In this document: positions 8,612-17,077 of the stretch, piece after piece
Numbering within the stretch: position 1 is the stretch's first letter
Layout of the letters: each line of letters begins with the position of its first letter
Origin: Okeania sp.
GTDB lineage: Bacteria; Cyanobacteriota; Cyanobacteriia; Cyanobacteriales; Microcoleaceae
Length of the DNA: 32,000 nt
Assembly (NCBI RefSeq): GCF_035285525.1
Contig: NZ_JAYKGW010000117.1
Span: 8,323-40,322 of the forward strand
Direction of reading: 5' to 3'
The notes under the pieces: generated by a model
The model's input: only the letters and a program-made list of their open reading frames with translations
Database searches by the model: none
Told to the model about the DNA's origin: nothing
Program-made: the position numbers and the translations under genes

Positions 8612-8809
8612 TTTGCTGTAACAAATAATTTTGTACCTCATTAACTCCGAAATTGCTGTAAAAACATATTACAGCACTTTTCATTTCGGTAGACCAGATT
8701 AAGGGGAAATGGCCATTTGCCCCTAATTGGAATGATGGTTAAACTCGTGAGTTTATTATTGCACCATTTTGAATATATCAGTACACTAATAGAATGGCGC
8801 ACCTAAAAA

Positions 8810-9026
8810 TGTAGGTTGGGTAGTAGCTTGCTTCTGCGTAGCAGTACGATAGTGAAACCCAACAAAGCTTTATAGTTCAGGACTTACGCAAAGGTAATAT
8901 GTATAGAGTTCAAAAACTATAGCGCTATAATTTTCAACCCTATATATGTGGTCTCTGCGTAAGTCGTGATGGTTTTTGGGTTTCGTTCCATGCTACGCAA
9001 CCCTAACGGGAACAACCCAACCTACG
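8810..9026. mobile_element. Composite repeat: two inverted family B hairpin modules (TGTAGGTTGGG...CCCAACCTAC) flanking a family A MITE (8879-8967)
   Basis: Module B at 8810-8865, an inverted module B at 8975-9026, and AGGACTTACGCA...TGCGTAAGTCGT between them. Confidence 0.65.
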
Positions 9027-9076
9027 CTTACTTTTACTACAATAATCAACTTTTACGTCGAATCTAACAACAAACT

Positions 9077-10561
9077 ATGCTCTCTCAGCAAAAGAAAATT
9101 ACTAGCTCAAAACTTTTTCTAATAGCATTTTTAGCAGTAGTAATGCTGTTATCTATTTTAGGAAGAGTACCTGCTATAGCTCTACCATCACCAAAACATT
9201 ACACTGAACTCAAATTTCCCAAATTACCAAAATTAGAACTACCTGACTACACTCGCTTTGAACTTAAGAATGGCATCATTGTCTATCTGATGGAAGACCA
9301 TGAACTACCCCTCATTGGTGGACGTGCCTTATTTCAGACAGGTGGAAGATTTGAACCTGAAAATCAAGTAGGGTTAGCAAGTTTAACTGGAACTGTTATG
9401 CGTACAGGAGGAACAAGTCAACACCCCCCCGAAGAAATAAACCAATTCCTCGAACAAAAAGCAGCAGCAGTAGAAACATCTATTGGTAATACTGTTGGGA
9501 GTGCCGGATTTAATTGCCTTACTGAAGACCTCACAGAAGTATTTAATTTATTTGCCGAAGTCATTCGTGAACCGGTATTTGTTGAAGAAAAACTAGAACT
9601 TGCCAAACAACAATGGCGAGGTAGTATTGCTCGTCGGAATGACGACCCAGATTCTATTGTTAGTCGTGAGTTCCAAAAATTGATTTATGGTAAAACAAGT
9701 CCTTATGCTCGAACTGTTGAATATGAGACTCTCAATAATATTTCCCAGGAAGATTTAATTGATTTCCATGCCAAATATTTTCATCCTGAGAATATGATTT
9801 TGGGAATAGTGGGAGATTTTAAGACCAAAAAGATGCGATCGCTGATTCAAGAAAAATTAGGGGACTGGGAACCAACCAGTGAGAAAGTTGAATATTCTTT
9901 ACCGGATGTTACTCAAGCGGAAGTTGGTAATGTATTTTTTGTGGAACAACCTCAGCTAACTCAAAGTTATGTACAAGTAGGTCATTTAGGTGGAGAATTA
10001 GATAATCCTGATTACGTAGCTTTGAGTGTAATGAATAATGTTCTAAATGGTTTAGGAGGACGTTTGTTTAATAATATTAGGTCGCGCCAAGGTTTAGCTT
10101 ATTCTGTTTCTGCTTATTGGAGTCCAAACTATGATTATCCAGGAGTATTCGTTGCTGGTGGTCAAACTCGTTCGGATGCAACTGTGCCATTTATTAAGTC
10201 TATTCAGGAAGAAATTGAGCGTATTCGCACTGAACCTATTACAGAAGAAGAACTGAAGAATGCCAAAGATTCTACCATCAATTCATTCATTTTCAATTTT
10301 CAAGAGCCTGCTCAAACTTTATCTCGTTTGATGCGATATGAATATTATGGTTATCCTAAAGATTTCATTTTCCGTTATCGCCAAAAATTGGAAAAAGTAA
10401 GAGTAGCAGATGTACAGAGAGTTGCTGAAAAATATTTGCAACCAGAAAAAATAGTAACTTTAGTTGTGGGTAATCAAGAAGCAATTGAACCGCCTCTGAG
10501 TAGTCTGGGGAATGGAAGTAAAATTACTTCTATAGATATTACAATTCCCGAACCAAGTTAA
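9077..10561 (+). CDS. Peptidase M16 (pitrilysin/insulinase) family protein, secreted, apparently lacking the HxxEH zinc motif
   Basis: 494-aa ORF with an N-terminal signal/TM segment (LFLIAFLAVVMLLSILG) and a two-domain M16-like layout. The expected HxxEH position reads SLTGT. Confidence 0.7.
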   Translation: MLSQQKKITSSKLFLIAFLAVVMLLSILGRVPAIALPSPKHYTELKFPKLPKLELPDYTRFELKNGIIVYLMEDHELPLIGGRALFQTGGRFEPENQVGLASLTGTVMRTGGTSQHPPEEINQFLEQKAAAVETSIGNTVGSAGFNCLTEDLTEVFNLFAEVIREPVFVEEKLELAKQQWRGSIARRNDDPDSIVSREFQKLIYGKTSPYARTVEYETLNNISQEDLIDFHAKYFHPENMILGIVGDFKTKKMRSLIQEKLGDWEPTSEKVEYSLPDVTQAEVGNVFFVEQPQLTQSYVQVGHLGGELDNPDYVALSVMNNVLNGLGGRLFNNIRSRQGLAYSVSAYWSPNYDYPGVFVAGGQTRSDATVPFIKSIQEEIERIRTEPITEEELKNAKDSTINSFIFNFQEPAQTLSRLMRYEYYGYPKDFIFRYRQKLEKVRVADVQRVAEKYLQPEKIVTLVVGNQEAIEPPLSSLGNGSKITSIDITIPEPS

Positions 10562-10567
10562 ATTCAT

Positions 10568-10651
10568 AGGAATTACGCAAAGAAACCGGGTTTCTGGGTT
10601 CAGTTCAAGCCACGAGATTTTTTTGATAAACCCAGTTTCTGCGTAAGTCCT
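10568..10651. mobile_element. MITE family A copy (AAACCGGGTTTC subtype)
   Basis: AGGAATTACGCA at 10568-10579 and TGCGTAAGTCCT at 10640-10651. Confidence 0.7.
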
Positions 10652-10844
10652 GATTCATTTGAGAAACGCACAAAACAGAAGAGTTAGAAAGATTTGGAAA
10701 AGTAACTTGTGACAACTGGATTTATTATCACCCCTTTATTTGACCAAAAAATCAGGGAAAATCAGGAGCCGTAGGGGCTGCTGGTTTCACCGTATGGACG
10801 TTGTATGCAACGTCCATACAATGAGTTTTCACATTAACCCAGAT

Positions 10845-11022
10845 AAACCCGCCCCATAACATATAAGCCACCGTCTAACGGGGCGGGTCTATATAAATCT
10901 TAGAGTAAGCATGAAAATTTCCTGAGAAACCCGCCTCATAACATATAAGCCACCATCCCAGGGGCGGGTTTATGTAAATCTTAGAGTAAGCATGAAAATC
11001 TCCTGAGAAACCCGCCCCTACC
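10845..11022. repeat. Tandem repeat of ~2.2 x 82 bp, each unit with an ACCCGCCCC / GGGGCGGGT hairpin
   Basis: AAACCCGCC(C/T)CATAACATATAAGCCACC...GGGGCGGGT.TAT.TAAATCTTAGAGTAAGCATGAAAAT.TCCTGAG starts at 10845 and 10927. A partial third unit starts at 11008. Confidence 0.8.
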
Positions 11023-11127
11023 TCATTACACTCATTAGATGTGTCAGTCCGCTACCAATAGCGTTTATGGGTAAGTCCTACTTCAGTATTTCAAGCCTCT
11101 TTATTTCAGGAGAAACTGATAACTGAT

Positions 11128-12051
11128 TTAGCCTTTAATGCGATCGCGCACTTGACCTTTTTCTGCATTCTTCTCTAAAAACTCTATTATTTTACCAGAA
11201 ACATCTACTCCTGTAGTATTTTCTATTCCTTCTAAACCAGGGGAAGAATTAATTTCCATAACTAACGGACCACGATCAGAACGTAATAGATCTACCCCTG
11301 CAACTCTTAACCCCATTGCTTTAGCTGAACGCATAGCAGTTGAGCGCTCTTCTGGGGTTAATTTAATTTTTTCTGCTTTACCACCGCGATGCAAATTTGA
11401 CCGAAATTCTCCTTCCGCTCCCTGTCTTTTCATCGCAGCTATTACTTTATCTCCGACTACAAAACATCGTAAATCTGCACCATCGGCTTCGGCAATAAAT
11501 TCCTGTACTAAAATATTAGCATCTAAACCACGAAAAGCTTCAATAACTGACTTAGCTGCTTGATAAGTTTCAGCTAAAACTACTCCTATTCCTTGAGTTC
11601 CTTCTAATAATTTAATTACTAAAGGAGCGCCACCAACAGTATTAATTAAACCATCAATATCTTTAGTTGAATTAGCAAAACCAGTAACAGGTAATCCGAT
11701 TCCTTCTCTAGCTAATAATTGTAAACAACGTAATTTATCGCGAGACCGAGAAATGCCTTGAGAAGGATTTGCCGTAAAAACTCCCATCATTTCAAACTGT
11801 CTGACTACCGCTGTACCATAAAATGTTTTAGAAGCTCCAATGCGAGGAATAATAGCATCAAATCCTTCTAATGGTTCACCCATATAGATAACTTGAGGCT
11901 TCATAGAAGTAATATTCATATAACATCGGAGGTAATCAATAACTTCTACTTCATGACCCCTTTTTTCTCCAGCTTCTACTAATTTTCTAGTAGAATAAAG
12001 AGTTGGTTCCGTAGATAGAATAGCAATTTTCATTTGGTTAATTTCTACCAT
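11128..12051 (-). CDS. rimK: RimK-type ATP-grasp ligase (ribosomal protein S6 L-glutamate ligase family)
   Basis: 307-aa ORF. Has an ATP-grasp layout and the motifs [32 protein letters not shown] and [13 protein letters not shown], which are typical of RimK. Confidence 0.85.
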   Translation of the reverse strand: MVEINQMKIAILSTEPTLYSTRKLVEAGEKRGHEVEVIDYLRCYMNITSMKPQVIYMGEPLEGFDAIIPRIGASKTFYGTAVVRQFEMMGVFTANPSQGISRSRDKLRCLQLLAREGIGLPVTGFANSTKDIDGLINTVGGAPLVIKLLEGTQGIGVVLAETYQAAKSVIEAFRGLDANILVQEFIAEADGADLRCFVVGDKVIAAMKRQGAEGEFRSNLHRGGKAEKIKLTPEERSTAMRSAKAMGLRVAGVDLLRSDRGPLVMEINSSPGLEGIENTTGVDVSGKIIEFLEKNAEKGQVRDRIKG

Positions 12052-12053
12052 TT

Positions 12054-12512
12054 TTAATTTTCTTCTTGACTAATTTTTAAGTTTTGATCTAAATAAGATT
12101 TACTAGGATTAATTAAGAATTTCTTTCGGACAGCTTGTCGTCCTAATAACATTCTAAATCCCATTAATTCCCGGTTAGTTAATGTTAACTCAATTTGCCA
12201 TTTTTGGTTCATTAAATTTATTTCAGTTGAAATAACCGGACGTATTTCTGCTACCCCGCTAGAACTACGAACTTTTCTTTCATCTATTAATTCAGCTTCA
12301 GCAGTTACTATTAGATTGGTATCTTTTTGCTGGGGATGAACTTTAAATTTTACCATCCGTTTGCCATCAATTTCAAAAGTTTTAATATCAAAAGCGTGTA
12401 AAGCAGAAGAACGGGCACCAGTATCAATTTTTGCTTTAATTTTAGTAATGCCAATTTCGGGTAATATTACCCATTCTCGCCAGCCAATAATTGGTAATTC
12501 TTGATGTTTCAT
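12054..12512 (-). CDS. Retropepsin-like aspartic peptidase (the 'ATP-dependent zinc protease' family, RimK-associated)
   Basis: Has the D-T-G motif ([13 protein letters not shown]). Its stop lies 2 nt before the rimK start. I place the start at MKHQELP (12512), because the longer ORF to 12554 would run into a family B repeat. Confidence 0.7.
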   Translation of the reverse strand: MKHQELPIIGWREWVILPEIGITKIKAKIDTGARSSALHAFDIKTFEIDGKRMVKFKVHPQQKDTNLIVTAEAELIDERKVRSSSGVAEIRPVISTEINLMNQKWQIELTLTNRELMGFRMLLGRQAVRKKFLINPSKSYLDQNLKISQEEN

Positions 12513-12558
12513 TTTGAGTTTTAGGGAATAGGGAGTGGGGAATATAGGAAGCAATAGA

Positions 12559-12999
12559 TGTAGGTTGGGTTGTTACCGTTAGGGTTGCGTAGCATGGAAC
12601 GAAACCCAACAAATTTAAGAGTAATATCAAATCCGTTGCCAACGGAAGTGTTATAAGAAACCAGGTTTATAGTAGATTTAGGTTCGGTTTCGGGCCTCAA
12701 CCCAACATTGAGCATTTTTTGTATCAGGACTTACGCAAAGGCATTATATATAGAGTATTGGTGCGTTGTGCGTTGTACGCTTTACATGTCGCGTAGCGAA
12801 ACGCACCCTACCAATAGCGTTCGTGCGTAAGTCCTAGTATAAAAGTTCTGTGTAGATACTTATCACTTTTCACTAATATCATTAAGATGGTGCGTTACGG
12901 CGCAATTTTATGTTTTGAGGTACAAACCATATTTACACGGTTGCGCCTAACACACCCTACTGGAGTCTAGTTGGGTTTCGTCCCTCAACCCAACCTACA
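12559..12999. mobile_element. Composite repeat: inverted family B modules enclosing a family A MITE (12726-12835) and a family C module (12889-12960)
   Basis: TGTAGGTTGGGTTGTTACCG... at 12559 and ...CAACCCAACCTACA ending at 12999. AGGACTTACGCA/TGCGTAAGTCCT and GGTGCGTTACGG...CTAACACACCCTAC lie inside. Confidence 0.6.
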
Positions 13000-13004
13000 G
13001 GTTT

Positions 13005-14165
13005 TTAACTTTTAACTTTTAACTTTTGACTTTTATAAAATGGTCGCTTCACAACAATAGCAGCATAATTTTTTCCCCTAATTTCTACTTCTAATTTTTG
13101 ACCTATTTTTGCTAAATTTTTCGGTACATAAGCGAGAGCGATCGCTTTCCCTAAAGTAGGAGACTTAGTACCGCTAGTCACTTCTCCTACCACTTCACCA
13201 TTACTCAAAACAGGATAACCATGACGAGCAATACCGCGATCGAGCATTTCCAGACCCACTAAACGTTTTAAAACTCCCTCCGACTTTTGTGCTTCCAAAA
13301 CCGGACGACCAATAAATTCTCCTTTTTTCTCCAGGTGAACTAACCAACTTAAACCTGCTTCCAGAGGAGTAGTTTCAGTATCAATATCTTGCCCATAAAG
13401 TGCCATCGCAGCTTCTAAACGCAGAGTATCCCTTGCTCCTAAACCGCAGGGAGTAACCCCAGCATTCAACAAACTTCGCCATAACTCCATACCCACGGCG
13501 GGATCTACCATAATTTCAAAGCCATCTTCCCCAGTATAACCAGTTCTGGCAATAAAACCTGGTTGTTCTAATACAGTAATATCTGAATGCCCAAAAAATC
13601 CAATTGATGCTAAATTTTCTTTAATAAATTGTTGTAAATATTGTTCTGCTTCCGGACCTTGAACAGCTAATAATACTTTTTCTTCAGAGATGTCTTGAAA
13701 TTTAACACCACTATTTTCTAAATGACTTAATATCCATGCTTTATCATTAGCTTTAGTAGCAGCATTAACAATCATAAAACCCCGTGGTTCGTTGGTGAGG
13801 GGGTCGTTACTTTGACGATAGAAAATCAAGTCATCAATAATGCCTCCTTGAGGGTTTAATAAGACAGTATATTGAGCTTTACCAGGTTCTAAACTGCTCA
13901 GATCGGAAGGTATTAAATATTGAATTTTCTCAATTAAATCCTGGCCTTGAGCTATAAATTTACCCATGTGAGAAATGTCGAACATTCCTGCTTTTGTCCG
14001 TACTGCCTCATGTTCCGTTCTGATACTGGTGTATTGTACTGGCATTTCCCACCCAGAAAATTCTACCATTCTGGCCTTAAGTTCGGTACATAAGTCGTAT
14101 AAGGGCGTGCGAGAAAGAGGTTGTGTATTAGATTCTGTTGAATTGGCCACTTGTATGTCTCTCAT
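13005..14165 (-). CDS. gcvT: Glycine cleavage system aminomethyltransferase T
   Basis: 386-aa ORF. FSGWEMPVQY, GMFDISHMGKF, TGYTGEDGFEI, GLGARDTLRLEA and the C-terminal barrel domain are typical of GcvT. Confidence 0.92.
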   Translation of the reverse strand: MRDIQVANSTESNTQPLSRTPLYDLCTELKARMVEFSGWEMPVQYTSIRTEHEAVRTKAGMFDISHMGKFIAQGQDLIEKIQYLIPSDLSSLEPGKAQYTVLLNPQGGIIDDLIFYRQSNDPLTNEPRGFMIVNAATKANDKAWILSHLENSGVKFQDISEEKVLLAVQGPEAEQYLQQFIKENLASIGFFGHSDITVLEQPGFIARTGYTGEDGFEIMVDPAVGMELWRSLLNAGVTPCGLGARDTLRLEAAMALYGQDIDTETTPLEAGLSWLVHLEKKGEFIGRPVLEAQKSEGVLKRLVGLEMLDRGIARHGYPVLSNGEVVGEVTSGTKSPTLGKAIALAYVPKNLAKIGQKLEVEIRGKNYAAIVVKRPFYKSQKLKVKS

Positions 14166-14320
14166 TTGTATATAATAAACTTTAATTTTAGGACATTTTA
14201 GGTATTAACACATAGGAAGAAAGGCAAAAGGGAAAGAAAAGTTCACAGGAAAAAGATTTTTATTACTGATTATCCGAACATGATGTTATGTTATTTCCAG
14301 ATCAAAAGTAACTTTGAAGT

Positions 14321-14396
14321 CATTGCGACTCGAACGGAGTGGAAGGAAGCAATCTCCGCGCACCCCTAAGATAGATTGCTTCCTATCCTCGCAATG
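14321..14396. repeat. Dispersed palindromic element (CATTGCGA...TCGCAATG with inner GGAAGCAATCT/AGATTGCTTCC)
   Basis: Two nested inverted repeats read directly. The class resembles the common cyanobacterial CATTGCGAG...GCAATC hairpin repeats. Confidence 0.6.
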
Positions 14397-14592
14397 ACAA
14401 CTTTTCAACCTGATTCTATAATAAGTAGCGATCGCTCTTTAGGAAATAAAAGAAAGGTTCATAGGAAAAAGATTTTTTATCACTAATTATCCGGAAATGA
14501 TATACCAATCATAAATAGGTTGTGACAAATAAAAAAGACAAAAAATTCCTTTGAGCCAATCTTCTCCTTGAAAAAAAATAGGTAATTATTAA

Positions 14593-15321
14593 TTACTCAG
14601 ATGTACCCTGATAAAGAGCCAATTTCTGTCTGTAAATTTCTAGAAGTTTAGGCATAAGTAGTTGTACATCTGTTTCAGTTTCTCCAAATGAAGGCCAGAC
14701 CATATATAACTTTTTAAAAGCTTCTTCTATTCTCCCTTCTTCAATATCTTTGAGAGCGTTTTTGTCTCTAATTAATTCTATAGCTACACGATCTTGATAG
14801 ATAGGACTAAAATTCTTAGCTTTGACTCCAGGAGCAAATGTATCCCAAGAGGTACTCAAAAATTGATATCTGCCTGCTGCATCAGAACAAAGTTTTTTGC
14901 CATTGCTTAAGGCACATTTTAGTTCTCTAGGATGGTCTTCAAAACTGGAGAAATGACTGCCTGTATATTGACGATAATAACCTCTTGGTCCGCTTGTTCC
15001 TTCTGTGATAGAGATGGTATCTAGAAATGCTCTAATTCTAGGAACGTTGACTGGATAAGCCCAATTTTGGGCAGGGTCAATTTCGGGCATGATTACTGAT
15101 ATTATTGGTTCGGTTTTATCATCATTTTCATTGTTATTTATTTGCAGAAATAGTTGTGATATTACTATGAATAATCCTAAAATTATTAATAGGGAATAAG
15201 CTAATTTGGGGTTAAATATTTTGGCTAAATTTAAGGTCTTTTTCTGGGATTTTTTATAAGCACGGTAATTATTAATTTTGTTTTCTGCCGATCTTCTTGG
15301 TTGTATTTGTTGGTTATACAT
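14593..15321 (-). CDS. Membrane-anchored lambda-R-type lytic transglycosylase (GH104 lysozyme-like)
   Basis: 242-aa ORF. Has an N-terminal TM segment (LAYSLLIILGLFIVISQLF). RAFLDTISITEGT...DHPR...AAGRYQFLSTSWD...NFSPIYQDRVAIELIRDKNAL parallels phage lambda R (KAFLDMLAWSEGT...AGRYQLLSRWWD...FSPKSQD). Confidence 0.8.
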   Translation of the reverse strand: MYNQQIQPRRSAENKINNYRAYKKSQKKTLNLAKIFNPKLAYSLLIILGLFIVISQLFLQINNNENDDKTEPIISVIMPEIDPAQNWAYPVNVPRIRAFLDTISITEGTSGPRGYYRQYTGSHFSSFEDHPRELKCALSNGKKLCSDAAGRYQFLSTSWDTFAPGVKAKNFSPIYQDRVAIELIRDKNALKDIEEGRIEEAFKKLYMVWPSFGETETDVQLLMPKLLEIYRQKLALYQGTSE

Positions 15322-15374
15322 GATATATTGACTAAATTTTTCACATTAAAAGAATAGATTGATTAAATATAATT

Positions 15375-15547
15375 AGGACTTACGCAAAGGCAATATATGT
15401 AGCATGAACGCTACCGGTAGGGTGTGTTTTCGGCGCTTGAGCCGACATGAAACGCTACGCTACATGGAAAGCGGAGCATTCCCTATACGAAAAAGCGTAT
15501 CTCGTAACACACCTAGACTCTAGATAGAGCGCCTCTGCGTAAGTCCT
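15375..15547. mobile_element. MITE family A copy (long, 173 bp, with family C-like interior)
   Basis: AGGACTTACGCA at 15375-15386 and TGCGTAAGTCCT at 15536-15547. Confidence 0.7.
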
Positions 15548-15771
15548 GTAGATGTATCTCAAAAGCTGAATGCTTGCTGACGGCTAAATGCTTACCTTAT
15601 TTTACCTATAAAATAAGATAAATCAAAAGTCAAGCATGAGGTACCCTGATTACAGCCTAGAAGGCTGTGTTACAAGGGTTTTATCTTTAATATTTATACC
15701 TGATACTAAAATTTGCTGATTTTGGTAGAAATTAATGAAAGTTCCTGATCAGCTCTTTCCTAATGCTTAAA

Positions 15772-16743
15772 TCATGTAAATGAAAGTTCTAACATTTTTT
15801 GAATAGGTTTCAATGCTGCTATCCGTGTTCCTTCTGGAATTGTAATTTCTGGTGTCTTATTTTTCATTGCTAAATAAAGCTTTTCTAAAGTATTCAACCT
15901 CATGTGGGGGCATTCGTTACAAGCACAATTATTGATTGCAGGTGCAGGAATAAAATTTTTGTTCTTTGCTTTGTTCTCCATCTGATGAATAATACCTGGT
16001 TCGGTTGCGACAATAAATTCTTGACTTTGACTTTCCTGACAATATTTTAAAAGAGCAGTGGTGGAACCAATATAACTAGCATGACGCAATACATTTTGTT
16101 CGCATTCTGGATGAGCAATAATCTCAGCTTCGGGATGTTCGATTTTTAATTGTACAATCTTTTTCTCAGAGAATGTTTCGTGAACCATACAACTACCTTC
16201 CCACAAAATCAAATCTCTTCCAGTTTGTTCAATGACGTAACGACCGAGGTTTTTGTCTGGAGCAAAAATTATCGGTTGATCTGTTGGTATTTGGTTAACT
16301 ATTTTGACTGAGTTGGAACTGGTACAAATAATATCACTCATCGCTTTAATAGCAGCAGTACAATTAATATAAGAAATGACTATGGCATCAGGATGAGCAG
16401 CTTTAAATTTGCTAAATTCTTCTGGGGGACAACTATCGGCGAGGGAACAACCTGCATTTAGGTCTGGGAGAAGTACCAGTTTATTGGGGTTGAGAATTTT
16501 TGCAGTTTCTGCCATAAAATGAACTCCAGCAAATACTATCACATCTGCATCAGTTTCAGCCGCTTTTTGGGAAAGACCGAGAGAGTCGCCAATATAGTCC
16601 GCAATATCTTGAATATCGGGTTCTTGATAATAGTGAGCCAGAATCACAGCATTTAATTTTTGCTTGAGAGCGGCGATCGCTTGAAACAAATCGTGAGGTA
16701 TATTATTAAAAGTTTGGTTGGTTGGAGATTGGGTTGCAAACAT
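15772..16743 (-). CDS. nadA: Quinolinate synthase NadA
   Basis: The ORF extends to 16782, but the likely start is MFATQSP at 16743. [53 protein letters not shown] and CNECPHM are NadA signatures. Confidence 0.9.
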   Translation of the reverse strand: MFATQSPTNQTFNNIPHDLFQAIAALKQKLNAVILAHYYQEPDIQDIADYIGDSLGLSQKAAETDADVIVFAGVHFMAETAKILNPNKLVLLPDLNAGCSLADSCPPEEFSKFKAAHPDAIVISYINCTAAIKAMSDIICTSSNSVKIVNQIPTDQPIIFAPDKNLGRYVIEQTGRDLILWEGSCMVHETFSEKKIVQLKIEHPEAEIIAHPECEQNVLRHASYIGSTTALLKYCQESQSQEFIVATEPGIIHQMENKAKNKNFIPAPAINNCACNECPHMRLNTLEKLYLAMKNKTPEITIPEGTRIAALKPIQKMLELSFT

Positions 16744-16981
16744 TATTAAATTTTCCTGTAATTTATAAGTGACTAATACCAATTCACTAAACTATTATCT
16801 GAGCAAAGTTTTTAGTCAATCAAATCTAACCTTCTAACTTCAGTGAAATAGTATAAGTGTCTATAATTAGCCATTTGAGATAGTTTTATTAATTATAGTA
16901 GAATTTACGGATTTAAGATATTAATAAGTTATAAAAAGGTTATTTCAGTTATCAGCTATCATAACTGGGGTGGGGCGCAAA

Positions 16982-17077
16982 GAAGCCGGGTTTCTGGTTC
17001 CCCAAAATGTTGATTACAACAAAATTCCCGAAGCCGGGTTTCTGGTTCCCCAAAATGTTGATTACAACAAAATTCCC
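16982..17077. repeat. Perfect 48-bp tandem duplication (x2) that includes the last codons and stop of the NupC-family gene
   Basis: GAAGCCGGGTTTCTGGTTCCCCAAAATGTTGATTACAACAAAATTCCC appears at 16982-17029 and again at 17030-17077. The gene's stop (17062-17064) lies in copy 2. Confidence 0.9.

Noticed and set aside
8481-8684. 67-aa ORF on the minus strand
   Set aside because: It lies entirely within the 3 x 52-bp hairpin tandem array, and its repetitive peptide simply mirrors the DNA repeat. It is not a credible gene.
8453-11022. Possible CRISPR arrays (the 52-bp array at 8453-8611 and the 82-bp array at 10845-11022)
   Set aside because: The units are directly adjacent with no unique spacers, the whole unit repeats, and no cas genes are present. 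These are tandem repeats, not CRISPR.
12442-12715. ORFs 12442-12642 and 12521-12715 (-)
   Set aside because: They run through family B and related repeat modules and overlap the retropepsin-like gene start. Their peptides are the typical spurious products of these repeats.
14166-14592. Glycine riboswitch upstream of gcvT
   Set aside because: I could not find the conserved GGAGAG...CACCGAAGGGGCAA cores on the minus strand. The region is instead occupied by a direct repeat and a palindromic element.
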